A DNA stretch of 64,000 bases from the NCBI GenBank assembly GCA_010015585.1, contig ML975153.1; one strand, written 5' to 3'. Every line of letters begins with the position of its first letter. The first letter of the stretch is position 1. The notes below the pieces were generated by a model. That model saw nothing but the letters and a program-made list of their open reading frames with translations. It was not told where the DNA came from and searched no databases. The position numbers and the translations under genes were made by a program. The DNA is from Eremomyces bilateralis CBS 781.70 (Eukaryota). Shown here piece by piece: positions 39,001 through 51,709 of this stretch.

Positions 39001-40743
39001 AACTTCGGGGTCATTGTCCCCTAGGAGATCATCCATTACGGCCTGTGGGCTCTTCGCTTGGGGTCTCTCCGCTCCAGAGCCGCCGGTGGAGTGGGAGGTC
39101 AAAGTTTGACCAAACGAGGACGTGGGCATGAACGGTTTGAACTGGGTTTGGCTCCGGGCAGCTGAAGGGAACGTCTGTGAAGCCGACGGGGAGCTAGGCT
39201 TGCTGCCGAATGGGTCAGAGTCGAATGTTTTCGATTGGGTTCCAGATTCTCCAGTTGTCTGCTGAGTCTGAGCGGGAGCAGAGCCGGAAAACGCATCCAG
39301 CCCAAACAAGTCCTCAGATGCAAGCTTCGGAGCAGATGATGCGGGCTGAAAGCCATCGAAAGGGGTCGCAGATGATGGTTGGGGCGGCGGCGGGATCTGT
39401 GCTTGATTTCGCATGCTGGGAGGAACCAGATTCGGCGGCAACGCTGCCGGAAGTGGTGGGGGAGATCGTTGATTTTGCGTCCGAATAAGATATAACGCCA
39501 CGGCGAATTCATCCCGGTTCAACCGACCGTCGTGGTCGATGTCGGAAAGATCCCAGATCTGCGCCAATATCTCGTCTGCAAGTTTGGAATCTTTGAAATA
39601 GACGGCCGCGACATCACCACCCAGAAATCCAGACCGGCCCGGGTCCATAGTGTTGAACAACTCGTCAGCCCTCTGCTTCATATGTGGATCGATGAGCCAT
39701 TCTCCCGGCGCCGCTGTTGGAGGAGCAAACGGTGGGTACTTCGTAAGCGGGCTACTCGTCCTCTGAGCGTTTTGGCCGCTAAATTGTCGAGGAACGGGTG
39801 TCCGGCGTGAGGCAGCTTCATAAAGGCCAGGAGGGAGTTTCACAGGCAATGCTGGCATGGCGCGGGACTTGAGGGATGAGACGAGATGCATAGAAATCAC
39901 AAAGTCAGTCTCATCCAGAGCTCCTCTTTCATGGGTGTCGGCCAAAGTCCAGATTCGACTCAAGACATCGTTCGGTAATCGGGCTTTCTCGAAGATATTC
40001 CTGGCTTCGGTTCCTAGGATTGCAAGTCAACATTTGTGGGCACTATAGAATCGAATAACAGACCTCCGAGTAGCCCGTTGACCTGGTCGGTGGTTTGAAA
40101 CAATGCCCTATAATCCATCGCTTTCTCTGAAGTTAGGGGTGGTACGCGAATCGGACCGCCGCTCGATTGTGCTTGAATGGGAGCAGCCGGAGGCGGCGGG
40201 GTCGGTGCCGCTGGCATGTTGAGTCCTTCGAATTTCGCAAGTGGGCCAGCTAGAGAAATAGTTAGTTCATCAATACCTCGTCGCTAGGATCAACGGTTCC
40301 AGGGGAATATCGTGGTACTCACGTCTTCGAGCGAGCTCTGTTGTTGGTTCCAGTTGACCTTCTTGGTAGTGCGCGATCAATCTGAGTGATTGACAAAAAC
40401 CCGAAAAGTCTAAGAAACCTCGGTTTTCTTGGTCGGCTACCTGCCATATCTGCCATTGGAGACGCGGTCAGTCATATTTCGCATCCGAACGTGGTCTACG
40501 ATGTGCATACCCGTCCGAGGACGTCTGACGCGAGCTTGGTCCTCTGAAAGAACTTCACGGCAACATCTCCGGTGACGATCCCAAGAGTATCCGGGTCTGC
40601 CTGGTTGAACAGCTGGGCAAAAAAGCGCTTCTCTTCCGCAGTGAGCCGCAAATGAGCTAGGGAGGGGGGCAGTTAGTAAATATAGGTATCAGTAGATATG
40701 GGATGAACCGCGTACCAAGCTCCGGACTATTGGGGTCAGCCAT
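36097..40743 (-). CDS. EDE1: Endocytic scaffold Ede1/Eps15 (3 EH domains, coiled coil, C-terminal UBA)
   Basis: EH motifs (IWQVADQENRGFL, IWTLADTHERGAL, IWDLSDIDHDGRL), central coiled coil, NPF/DPF motifs and UBA LTSMGFPRHEALATLEKYDYDL; five introns. Confidence 0.93.
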
Positions 40744-41508
40744 AATAAAGAGCTGGTGCTATGCTCAACCTGTGCTTGTTTTTGTATGAATGCGACGGAT
40801 GAGTCGATATCGCGGGACCAGAAGTGTTGGAGCGAGTTGCAAGGCGGTGTGGTGCGGAAACAGATGAGGTTGAACGGAGCAAGCGGGTAAGGATGGCGCA
40901 AGCCTCCGACCGCTAATAGCAAGAGAGACAACCGAGAAATGCAAAACTAAGGCTTCGCCTTGTTTTCCAATGCGGAGAAGAACAGGCAATCAGCAGCACA
41001 GTGCAAAGAGAATAAGAGATGGGTGGATGGTCGCGGCGTTGATCTGGAGAGATGGAGGTGTCAGATGCTGCGGTAGGGGAGAAGTGAAGCTGGAGAGTAG
41101 GTTGCACTTGCCCAGTTGTCCCCCATACCCTGGTCGCTCTTTCCAACCACACTACCACAGACAACGCGGGTGCACGGGACTTCCCTGCCATCGACACATC
41201 ATCAGTAACGAATCACGACTTCACCAACGAAGGCTGCCAATGACATGAGCAACGAAGAAATGCACCACCGCCTCGTTTGAAGGGCTGTCTGCTTTCTCCG
41301 CATTATTGCGTGGGGTTTATGCTATTATTGTATCCAATCACCCAGTTATGTTAATTCCTTTGCGGAAGGAGTCTCTGGTGCTATGCATTGATGAAGTACG
41401 GAGCGAAGAGGTCTTTCTACCATAACCTTAACGTTAAATCCCGTTGCAAGGACACAACCCGATGCCGATGCGTGAGGTGAGTACTGGTACAGCTAATCAT
41501 ACATAACA

Positions 41509-42514
41509 TTACATGCTCAAGGAGCTAATTCGCCGTGCTTGCCAATTCCTGTCGTTAACCCCCTCATTTGCTCTCATTTGCTCTTGCCTGTCCGATCCAC
41601 CATCGTCCGATGAGCTTCTGCAGCATCCGAAAGCCAGGCCAGGCATCGCCTCCTCCTTTTTCCCCCACGCTCTCCCGAGAAGCCAGTCCGTAACGCTGAT
41701 GACGCGTGCCGTCTTATCGTAGTTCTCCCCTTCATCTGCCTGCTCGATGATGTGCTTAACGATTCGGCCTTCCTCGTCGAATTCGAATATGAACAGTCCC
41801 GTAAACCCTTCCTGGTCGCCCTTTGCACCGGTTGAAGCAATTCCGCCAGGCTGTCTGACCGCACCAGATACGAAGGCTCCATTGCCGTTTTTGCTCGACT
41901 TGCCACACGTCCTCCATTTCACGACCAGCTTCTCGTGTCGGACATCCTGAGAAACCGAACGGCCGCCAATCTTCACCATCCGTTCGGATAAGATGTCCAA
42001 TCTCACGTTTCCAACCACAGGGATCCTACCCCAGGCGACAGGTGCAGTCCATAGTGCCGCTCGGTATGGGATCTTTCCAGTAACGGTCGGTAGGTGAGGG
42101 TGGGTCGACGGGAAGAGGACGAGTGTGATTTGGGGGGAGAGGATATCCGGAGGAAGGGGAGATTGGAGAAGTGTTGGTAGTCGCTCGTGGAGGATACGAA
42201 TGGCTATAGAGTAACAATGTTAGCTGATATATTGCGCAACGCTGGGGAAAACTTTACGCACTCCTTCCTAGCTTGAGTGTTCGCTCATCCGGGGTTTCAT
42301 GGTCACTACCGGGCCTTGGAGAGCCGGAAGTCGTGGTCAATCGCGGCGCGCCGCTTCTAAAATGATCGCGATATATCAACCGGTCCGTCTCATGGACCGA
42401 TGCTAAGCCACGGCTAGCTTGCTTTCGAGGAGGAATTGTTTTCTGGGATACATAGCGCAAGCCCTTGAGGCCGCCATATCTGCGGAATGGTCTTTGCAAC
42501 AGCAGATGCCGCAT
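41509..42514 (-). CDS. Predicted mitochondrial protein, MMU163/Mug163-like
   Basis: Arg-rich N-terminus, DERTLKLG, LHL/RLFPSTHPHLPTVTG, WTAPVAWG and FTGLFIFEFDEEGRI; one intron (about 42209-42263). Family recalled from memory. Confidence 0.65.
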
Positions 42515-43621
42515 GGGATTGCCCGGTCATAAGCCTGACGCTCTCATGACCGGGAGGGATTCGAAATTCGATGCAAGAAACAAAGACGGAAATTCAGCCA
42601 GGAAGTGGCTTTGTAGTAGTACCACGACTGGACTGGTGTGGCGTGATGAACGATTAAGCTGAAGTGATCAAGAGTGGATGCTCATGGACGCCGTTATATA
42701 TAGAGTCCGGATTAAGGTATTATTGTGAGAAATCGGGAATCCAAAGATTCATATTGTTTCTTATAGTACCGTTGTTACAAGTTTTAGCAAATGGACACTT
42801 CCAACGATCAAACATGTGCTTGGATTGATTACGTCGGTCCAATCGTGTTCCATGGATTTTGAGAAATGTTAAGTGAATTGATGCTTCGCGGTCACGTGCG
42901 TTCGACCTCTGAGATAATCGAGCTGTTTAACTCGATCCTATCATATCATGCACACATCTAGATTTATTCCATAATTCGATTGGTCTTACGAAAACAGCAA
43001 CCTGTGTTGCATCTACAACCCAATCTATCGCCCTATCTGTCATAATTATTCGGCGGAAACGAAATGCTCGAGACATAGATCCAGCGGCTAGCAGATCTCG
43101 TCTCGTCGGCCTTCCTACCCGGCGTTATTACACCAATCCTAACCTGCCCTCCCACAGAGCTTCGAATTCGACAGATATATATACCTTAAGATGCAGGATT
43201 GAGGAATCTGTCCTGTCGTTCTGTCGAGCACAATCCAATCTCCGCTCAGCATGCTTAATGAGTGATGTCTACGAAGTACGCCCCTTGCCATTCCAGTAGC
43301 TTTGCGGAATACTTTTTTCCCCTTTCTCTAAGTCCTTGTGAAAAACATTGCGATCCATCGGAACGGCACAGTTCTTGTCACCAGTGTGTACTTCCCCCGT
43401 GTCTAGAAAGGCCTAGAGTTAGAGGACAGGGTCGTTACGTCCATCTCCTAATTTTGCCCCCGAATCCCTAGTCACAGTCACTGTGCTTGTCCCTCGATAC
43501 TTACTGCTAAGTTTCGCTACCGTTTTAGTACTACATCCCGCTCCCTGAGGTCAGCTAAATAGGAGTCAGATAATGTATTCGGGAAACATGAGACAGAAAG
43601 GCGAAGGTCAGGTCAGGGGGT

Positions 43622-43667
43622 AGCCAGGAGGACAGCCAAGAGGACAGCCAGGAGGACAGCCAGAAGG
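43622..43667. repeat. 12-bp tandem repeat AGCCARGAGGAC, about 3.8 copies
   Basis: agccaggaggac agccaagaggac agccaggaggac agccagaagg, lying just downstream of the WD40 stop codon. Confidence 0.85.
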
Positions 43668-43720
43668 CCGATGTTAATATTATAAAATTAACGATCGACA
43701 TCGCACCCGTAGCACACCCT

Positions 43721-45076
43721 TCAGTCATCACCCATCAATTCAGCCAGTTCCGCATCTTCTTCAGCTGTGAGCACGTCCAACTTAGGAGCCACTGTCTCGT
43801 CTTCCGGCGGCGGCGCCGATAGCTTCTCCAGCTCCTTTGGGTTGAGGTTCCATTGACGAATAGTCGCATCAATAGAAATGCTCACAAGAATGGTACCTTG
43901 AAGCAACAGGCCAGTAACCTCTTCAAAATGTCCGTCCAGAACATATAGCAATTTCGCATTCTGACATAGAAGGCCACGTTAGTCGTCATATGGTTTCAAG
44001 CGGCATCCAGTGTTGTGACTTACGCTTTTGTCCCATATCCTAACATTCTCATCACGGCAAGCCGTTATCACCCAACCAGCGTCATCGTGGATACATAAGT
44101 CTCGAACAAAGTCGGGATGTTCGAGAGTGGTATCGGCTCTCCATCCTCGCTCCCGGCTCAGACACTTCACTGACTTGTCGGCAGAAGCAGTCCACAAATC
44201 GCCATCAGAGTCGAAACTTATGGCATATACGCTCGTTTCATGTGGTACGAGTGGCTGGATGTTTCCCTCGATGCCCGGCTTCGATATCGACGTTGAGCTC
44301 GAGTCAACCTCAAAGCCCTCTTCGGCACTGATACGCCACTTTCGCAGCTCTCTCGTGCTATCAGCACTCCATACCACTGCCGTGGTGGCAGAGGAAGATA
44401 TGGGATCCAACGCCAGCGCCTGGATAGCTCGTGCATGTCCTTTGAGGGTGTATAACTGTTTACCAGATATAACATCGTGCACATGGATGAGGGAATCAGC
44501 GCCGCTGCTAACTAGTAAATTCCTGCTCCCGACAGTGGTCACTAGAAGGGCCTTCACAAAATCAGAGTGACCCGTAAGCACTGATTGTGACGGTAGGGCT
44601 GCCTGAGAAGCAGAACTCGCAGTATCGGAATCCCACTTGTATATCTTTTTGTCCCAACAACCTGCCAGAACCGTTGCTTTGCCGTTCATTACGGACACGG
44701 TTACTGAAGTAAGCGGAGCAATAGGTCCTGAGAAGGTGCTGATAATTTGGCCATCCTATAATACGTGCTTAGCTTATTTTCTTAGCATTCTACACCTCCA
44801 AAAGGTTCGAACCTTGATGCTCACGAGCCGGACGCTACCAGCGGCTTCGGCAACATAGACATTTCCATTGTTGCTCGGATCAGGAGTCACGGCAAGCAGC
44901 TTTGAGCGGCATTGAATCGGGTTCCCGTTGACATTCTTCGACTTCGCCTTTTTGCGAGCATATTCTGCCTCTGATGAGCTGATATCGTCAGCATACCGAA
45001 TAAAGTCATTGGGGGAAAGGCACACGAACTTGGTTTGGAAATAGTATCCAGGATCAGAGCCTATGGCCGGTGCCAT
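43721..45076 (-). CDS. WD40-repeat protein
   Basis: GHSDFVKAL, GHARAIQAL, TASADKSV, RDENVRIWD and GHFEEV..IDATIRQW; three introns. Confidence 0.88.
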
Positions 45077-45604
45077 TTCCGTTTATACTGGTACAAGGAT
45101 ACCGGTAGGTAATACCAGATGTTAACGCAAATAAACGGAGCGAGTTTCCGCTGCCGGTTGTATTTTCCACAGCGCCCGGTGGAAAGGTATGATGTAATTT
45201 CCGTATTCTCCCTCATCCATTCCTAGTCACAGCTGAGGTACGTTTTGAGAACAGTAATATCTCGCAGGCATCAGATCCCTTCCCACTTGAATTTTGACTT
45301 GTTGCAGAGCTTTAAATAGCTTGGCGTGTGCCTCCAGACCTGGAATATCGCACAAAAAAGTCGTGCTGTTGAATTGGATGTCAAGCTCTGTGAGCATCCT
45401 TGCAATGGAACTGAGATCTTAACGATAATCACATTCATCTGCGGGTACGTATTACAGAGCTCATCCCTACCTTTTTCTATACATGCACCTCAGCAACAGG
45501 AATATTACCAGAATAGAAATATTATATTAGGTATTGAATGGTAGCTGATAGGCACATTGCTAATTGAACAAAGAAAGACGAACTCCATATTCCATTCTCC
45601 TAAT

Positions 45605-47797
45605 TTACTGCCCTGATCCGCACTGTTGCTGCCACCCGTGGTGGTGCAACCGGGCAATACTCCGGTCAATCAAATGACACCTCGTATCAATCCGGATGAT
45701 TGAAACGCGCCCTTTCACAACAAAATCAATAGGATGGGCGGGTCCATCGAAAGACCACTCTCCAGCCACTGCATCCTGCCTGATGCCTGGAATAAGCATG
45801 GGGAGATTCGCGGGCCAGGGAACGTTTCTGAACAGATACCTCCCATCCCATGGCCCAGCTGGCTCAAGACGCATGAAGCCGCTGAACTCATGTGAATGCG
45901 ATGAGACCTGATGGGCCAGAAGGTTACCCAGCGAATGATAGGATCGTAGCGATCCAATACATCCAGGGCATCGAAGAAGCAAACTCTTGTCCCCCCCTCC
46001 CATTTCCGAGCATGCTCTCAACAGCTCCCGGTATGCCACAATAGCATCTTCAAGCGTTAGATCTCCTACGTCGTCCGACCAAAACACTTCTGAGTCCGGG
46101 AACAACGAAGGGGACCACATGGCCATGTTCCTCACTTCCTGAAGACCTTGCCACACCAGTCGAAGGCCAACCAAGACGAACGCTTCGGGAGACTGGATCA
46201 ACTCCAGGTTCCCTTTCATGTACATCTCCACTTTCCTCAAGCGTGAAATGAGGCCTTTCTTCGCCCGGAATTCCTGGAGATAACTGAAACGATGGAGGAA
46301 TTCTTTTTCGTCTTCCTGAGAGACGTAGAGCGGAGAGCTGAATGTGTATTCCAGCGTCGGACTGGGAGGCGGTGAATTCCATCCGTCTAAACTCAGCTGC
46401 TGCGCTTCCAGTTTCTGCGTCTCTTGATGTTGAATCGACCTCGCCTTCTCCAACCGGCCCTTCAATGCCTTCCAAGCTGGTTCTGTCGGTGGGGTTCCGA
46501 GGGTGATAGCTCTGTTGAAGGCTGGAATCAAACGAAGCTCGTCAGCGCTGAGCGGTTCCTCCATGTGAGCGGCCTGTTGCACGAAGTACTCCAACCTGTT
46601 TCTCCGATTTTTCTCCAGCTCGTGGTATCGTTTGTGTTGAATGGAAGCTTGCCATTCATGAGCCTCAGCCGAGAATTTGCGTTCAGCTTCAATGATCCGC
46701 ACTTTCTCGGTGAACCAAGGTGGTCTATCGGCTCCCGGCTCGTCCTTCAAGGACTGGGAATTCCTGTTATACCAATCTCTGATTTGCACAACGTCCTCTC
46801 GCAGAAAAACAGCATCAGAGAGATGCGGGAGCGTCTCGATCTGGCCCCGAGACGACAGAGATTTGATTCGAACTACGGGTGATAGATGTCCGCGACGTCT
46901 AGAGACATGTTTGCCTCTCTCAGCCATCAAGACGCACTGAAACAGCTCGCTGTTCTCGAGAACCTGTTCCGCCTCATCGGCCTATATATTTTATTAGTCC
47001 ATGTAGTTCGTCGTTGCAGTTCTTTGCTTACATTGATCGTCTCCTTAGAAATGCACTTTTGGCACCAACGTTTTAAGAAGGCGAAGGCTATTCGGTGGAC
47101 AGGCGAAGCGCTGCACCTCTCGCAGGCGTTACCCGAAAGAAGTGCGATATATCTTCGTTCAGATATGCTTGGTGGAGGGTCGGGAGATTCGGGCCACGTT
47201 CCAATTCTGCGCTGCCTCCATATCGAAGAATACGACAATGCTGTTCGGGTGGCTCGACTAACGCACCAACCGGCAAGCAGAGCTCTAACATCACAAAACT
47301 CGAAAATGTTGGCCCATATATCAGGAGGCAGCAGCCCGGTCGAACGTTCGATCTTCCCGATGTCTCGCTTGTCGGTCTCGGGTGCGTCGTCTCGATCAAC
47401 AGAGACGGCGTCATCCTCTGCGGATTCGAAATAATCGACTATCTCAACATTAGGATCTCCTCTTAGTTGGGAATGAGAGCCTCAGCTTACCCCAGTGAGC
47501 TGCTTCCGAAATCTCGCTATCTTCGCGAAATGTGGGGATTCCTACGTGGGGAGCCTTGGGTCGTCGATGAGATGGAGACGATTGCCTTGCTTTCTTGTAC
47601 GGTGAGGTCTTTTTCGAAGCTGTAGCAGCTCTTTTCTGGCCCCTCTCGATTTCTGATGGCGTATTGGGTCGCGCGACCTCCGTCGCGCGACAGTAAATCT
47701 CAAAGGCAGCGAGCTGATCGAACCATTGACCAGTATTCGACAGGGGCAGAACACTCTGCGGTGACCACACAGCAGAGTCCGTGATGATGTCAAACAT
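45605..47797 (-). CDS. F-box protein with C-terminal C2H2-like motif
   Basis: After intron 1: LLPPDIWANIFEFCDVRALLAGWCVSRATRTAL (F-box), CERC..WCQKC and CPGC..LLAHQVSSH; second intron about 46983-47031. Confidence 0.7.
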
Positions 47798-49494
47798 CGT
47801 GGAAAGGAAAATATTCGAAGTGTTTAGTCATCGGTGAAGTCAACCTCATAAAGCACTCGACTGTCTCAATAGAAGAAAAACGATCAACGAGTAGGTGAAA
47901 CAATTTCTGCGCACATCGTGACTCTTTAATACCTGTTCATTTCATCGGGTTGGAAAGGGCTCCAGAAAGCACCCAGAGTTGAGGATGAATCATGTCCGGA
48001 AATACATGGTTGACAAGGAACCCCGCCTATGGCTAAGGTATCCTATGAAAGCTTACCGCAATTTCCAAACATTTGACTTGGTCAATGGATAATCTGTGGG
48101 TGGTTTCCAACCGGCGATTGCTCGACGCTGGAGTTCAACCATGGTGCTCGTAGCCTCCAAAAAAGGGTCCAGGGACGGGTTATTTAAAGTTGTTGTTGTC
48201 CCCAGGGGGGCCAGGCCCCATCATAGCGGTAGGAATTCAAGTCGAACTTTGTACATCCGTGGGGGTGGGACGCGATTCGGTATTGGATCGTTACCAATCT
48301 GAGCCGAAGACGGCGATGGCGCGCTGCTAAACCGTCACGCGTTCGTGGGAACCATGGTTTGGGTTCGACCACGGCACGTTTCGAATATCCGAGCCTCAAC
48401 GCCGTCAACTACGGTACCAAAATGAATACGGTCAAATGTAAGGACCAAGCGCTAAGTTCACGGGATCCAGAACCATCATACATGAGGATCGGGGTCGCCG
48501 AAAGTGGTACTGAACCGATTGTTGCGGAGGTCGGATCTGACGTTGGTCATGCTGCCTTTTATATTCATCGGTAAGGGTGAATCTCTTTCGTTGATTCTCA
48601 GATACACTGGGTTGTTTCACCGTATCCCATGCGGAGGCTTAAAATTTGTTAAGAATCGCCCGTTATTTCGGGCCGTGTTTCCTTCAACTCCGGGACCAGA
48701 CCTGCAAGCGATCCGGTGGAAATAAATTTGGTGCGAGGCGGGATGTACTCGAAGAGTCATGTTAATCGCAACCAAACAGTTCGGCAGTTTGCGGCATGAC
48801 TCGGTACTCGGTAGATACGGCCCTATCTCTCGGATGTCAACAAAGATCTTGCAGCATGATATCAGAATCCGGTGCTGGCCGAGAGGTGTAATCTGTGGTA
48901 GGGACTCCGTATTAGCCCGAACATGTTTGAGTGAAACTGGATATCGCAATGCAACAATTCAAGCTTAGATCTTTCTCTAGTTGGCTTGAAAGGTGACGGC
49001 AGCTTTGAGCGCCAACCTCCACACGAACCGAGACATTGTAGTATCGAGATTGGCGAGTAGGCGATGGAATTTAGCAGAGACATGAGCCATTCCGTTGACA
49101 CTTGGCAGGTGTCAGTCCCGAAGGCACAGGAATAGGTAAGGCACACCATGAGATTCGGCCCACGAGTTCAGGACATCACCACATGGCTCCCACGTGGTTC
49201 TGTTCGTGTTGTTTGGTTCTGAGTTGCGAGGTTCGTGAGGAGCTGGTGATATCGGTACGGGATACCGTAAAGGCGGATACACGTGATCGCTCGAGTTAGC
49301 CGTCAGGTACCGCCACAGAACGATTTCAGGAACTGGAACTCAATCAAAACTTTTTTCTGAGCCGGTATTGGCTCTCGACTTTTGGCCTTTGTAGATACCT
49401 TATCATCAAGTCATGTATTTCTAGGCACAGAGGCTGTGTTCTGACGAATATCAACTTTTGTTGCTGCTTTTCAGGTTCTGGCCCTTAAGTGGAG

Positions 49495-49555
49495 ACGCGT
49501 CCTCGTCCACTCATCCCTGCCCGCACGCGTCTCCAGGAACACGATAATTGCGCGT
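49495..49555 (+). promoter_or_regulatory. Cluster of MCB-like elements (ACGCGT x2 plus GCGCGT)
   Basis: ACGCGT at 49495 and 49525 and GCGCGT at 49550, 240-300 nt upstream of ATG 49793. Confidence 0.5.
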
Positions 49556-49792
49556 CACCAAGATTCCCGCATATGGTCTATGGGCGAGAGAGTTCTCGCT
49601 CATCACAGATACCACTTTTACTCGTCGCCCTTAGTTAATGATAAATTGTGGTAAACTTATGAACAGAGCGTTGCAACTACAACACACCAAGTCAATATAA
49701 GGTTCTCCATTCCATAACTTTGGTCTGGATCGTGCTCAGCGCCGGACCATTTGCATCTTGGTACGGAATATCGCGGGTGCGCTGCTTCAGCC

Positions 49793-50796
49793 ATGCCAAA
49801 AAGGCCCCGACCGGTGCCAGATCAGGCTCCAGTCCCAAGAAAGAGCCTTCGCATTTCAAGAGCAGTCGGACGCGGTGAGAGCAACTTGGTCGAGGCAACC
49901 CCTTTCAGCGGGATTCATTCCGGTGCATCTTCGGTATCTCCGATTCATGTAGCAAAGACAGAACTACATCCCAAAAATGAGGCGACCACCGCTGATACAG
50001 CAAGTCTCGAGAGTCAGCAAGGTTTCAAGGCATCGGAGATATTAGCCGGCGGTTTTGACCAGCTTCTCAAAGACTACCCAAACACCGTTCCCAAGGAACT
50101 CCGGCCGTTGGATAAACGACGCTTAGAGGAACTCCCTGCTATCTTGAAGAGCCGTGGAGATCAATTCCCGAACCCATACCTCGAAAAAGACGAACTCGTG
50201 GAACTAGTCGAGTGGAAATTGTAAGCTCTACTTCCCAATTGCCATTAAACATATGCTGAATATTAGATTTGTAGGAAACATGGAAAATTTCGTCCAACGT
50301 TGCTGGCGTTGGTCAAATCAAACGACTCCGAACGAGTGAAGGAGGTGACCTCTGATGCCTTTTCCATTCTTGTTACGAAAAAACGTGGTCCTCAGGAAGT
50401 CCGGGAGGCCATGAAACGGCTTTGCGATCTCAAAGGCATTGGGCCAGCCACGGCCTCACTGATGCTTTCTACATTTGATGAAGACAATTTGCCATTCTTC
50501 TCTGATGAGGTGAGAGCTTTTCCAGCCAGCGACCGACCTTTTGCTGACTACAACTTGTTCTCCAGCTCTTCCTGTGGTTACATTGGGATGAACCTGTCAA
50601 CGCAGGCACGGCGCCCAAGGGGAATGGAACGGGATGGAAGCGGAATATTAGGTACACGGCGAAGGAGTATGAGTCCCTCATTGACAAACTTGTGCAAGTA
50701 AAGGAACGCCTGAAAACATCCCACAATAGAGATTCAACAGCACTTGAGTGGGAAAAGGTTGCATGGGCACTTGGGAAACAGCAGATGCTTGGCTGA
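49793..50796 (+). CDS. Uncharacterised helix-hairpin-helix (DNA-glycosylase-like fold) protein
   Basis: KDELVELVEWKL|KHGKFRPTL, HhH LCDLKGIGPATASLMLS and PFFSDE; two introns. Confidence 0.75.
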
Positions 50797-51709
50797 AGTG
50801 ATAATGCATAATAGGACAAGTCGGTTAGAACAATGTAGGAGACTTATCTTCGCAGGTTTCAAGAGAGGACGCAAAACAAGGCATGATCGACAGATGCATT
50901 CATGCAGAAAGGGATTTCAGGATAGTGTGAGATCCAGGTCCACAATGCAAGTAATGAAACAAGATCCTAGATGCTGGTGAAAGAAGAGAGTGGTATAGCC
51001 ATGCGGGATGATGAGGCATCGGATGATGGCAATGCAAGACTCTAGGAGCAACTGGGACATTCTTGAACAGGTCTCAGATAGCATAAGCCTAGTGTAGCCT
51101 GTGTTGACTGAAACACGGAATAAGGAATTGTTTGGAAATATGGATTGCAATAAAGGAATGGCAATGGTTGATGTGGTGTTCTAATTTTACCGTGAGCGGA
51201 ATGTGATTTAGATGTTTATTGAAGGGAACTCTGGCGGAGCGGACGTTAGGTGGAGCGGGGATATTCCGGGCGGAGGGTGCCAAGCCAATCGGGCAGGTTC
51301 CACTCTGCTGTTCCATCATCCAACCCACTGTTGTGCAACGATCACAGATCACCCCTCAGCCACAAGAGCTCATGAATTTGCAGTTTTTGGCTGTCTCTCT
51401 ACCTTTCCACCTCACATCTCACTATCCTCGTTGACAAAAGACACCAGAAGATTCAATAAGAGTCTATTAGTATTCGGTCTCTCCATCGTCTTGCCTAACC
51501 TTGACCTCGTTCTAAAGCTCCACGCTTTTCACCTTCCACACAAAACCCTCAACCCAATACTTCCCCCACGCATTTCACGGTTCGGCATACACGAGCTCTA
51601 CAACATCTGGAGACTTTGCAAAGTGGAAATAGGGCTTGTACGCCCGTGTCAATAGGAGCTTCGACCTTTGACCAACGTGGAACTGAGGTGCTCATCCCAA
51701 ATCGTCACT

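Noticed and set aside
43497..43506. ATACTTACTG, resembling the U1 snRNA 5' end
   Set aside because: Mismatch to ATACTTACCT, no U1 stem-loops downstream, and better explained as branch-point context.
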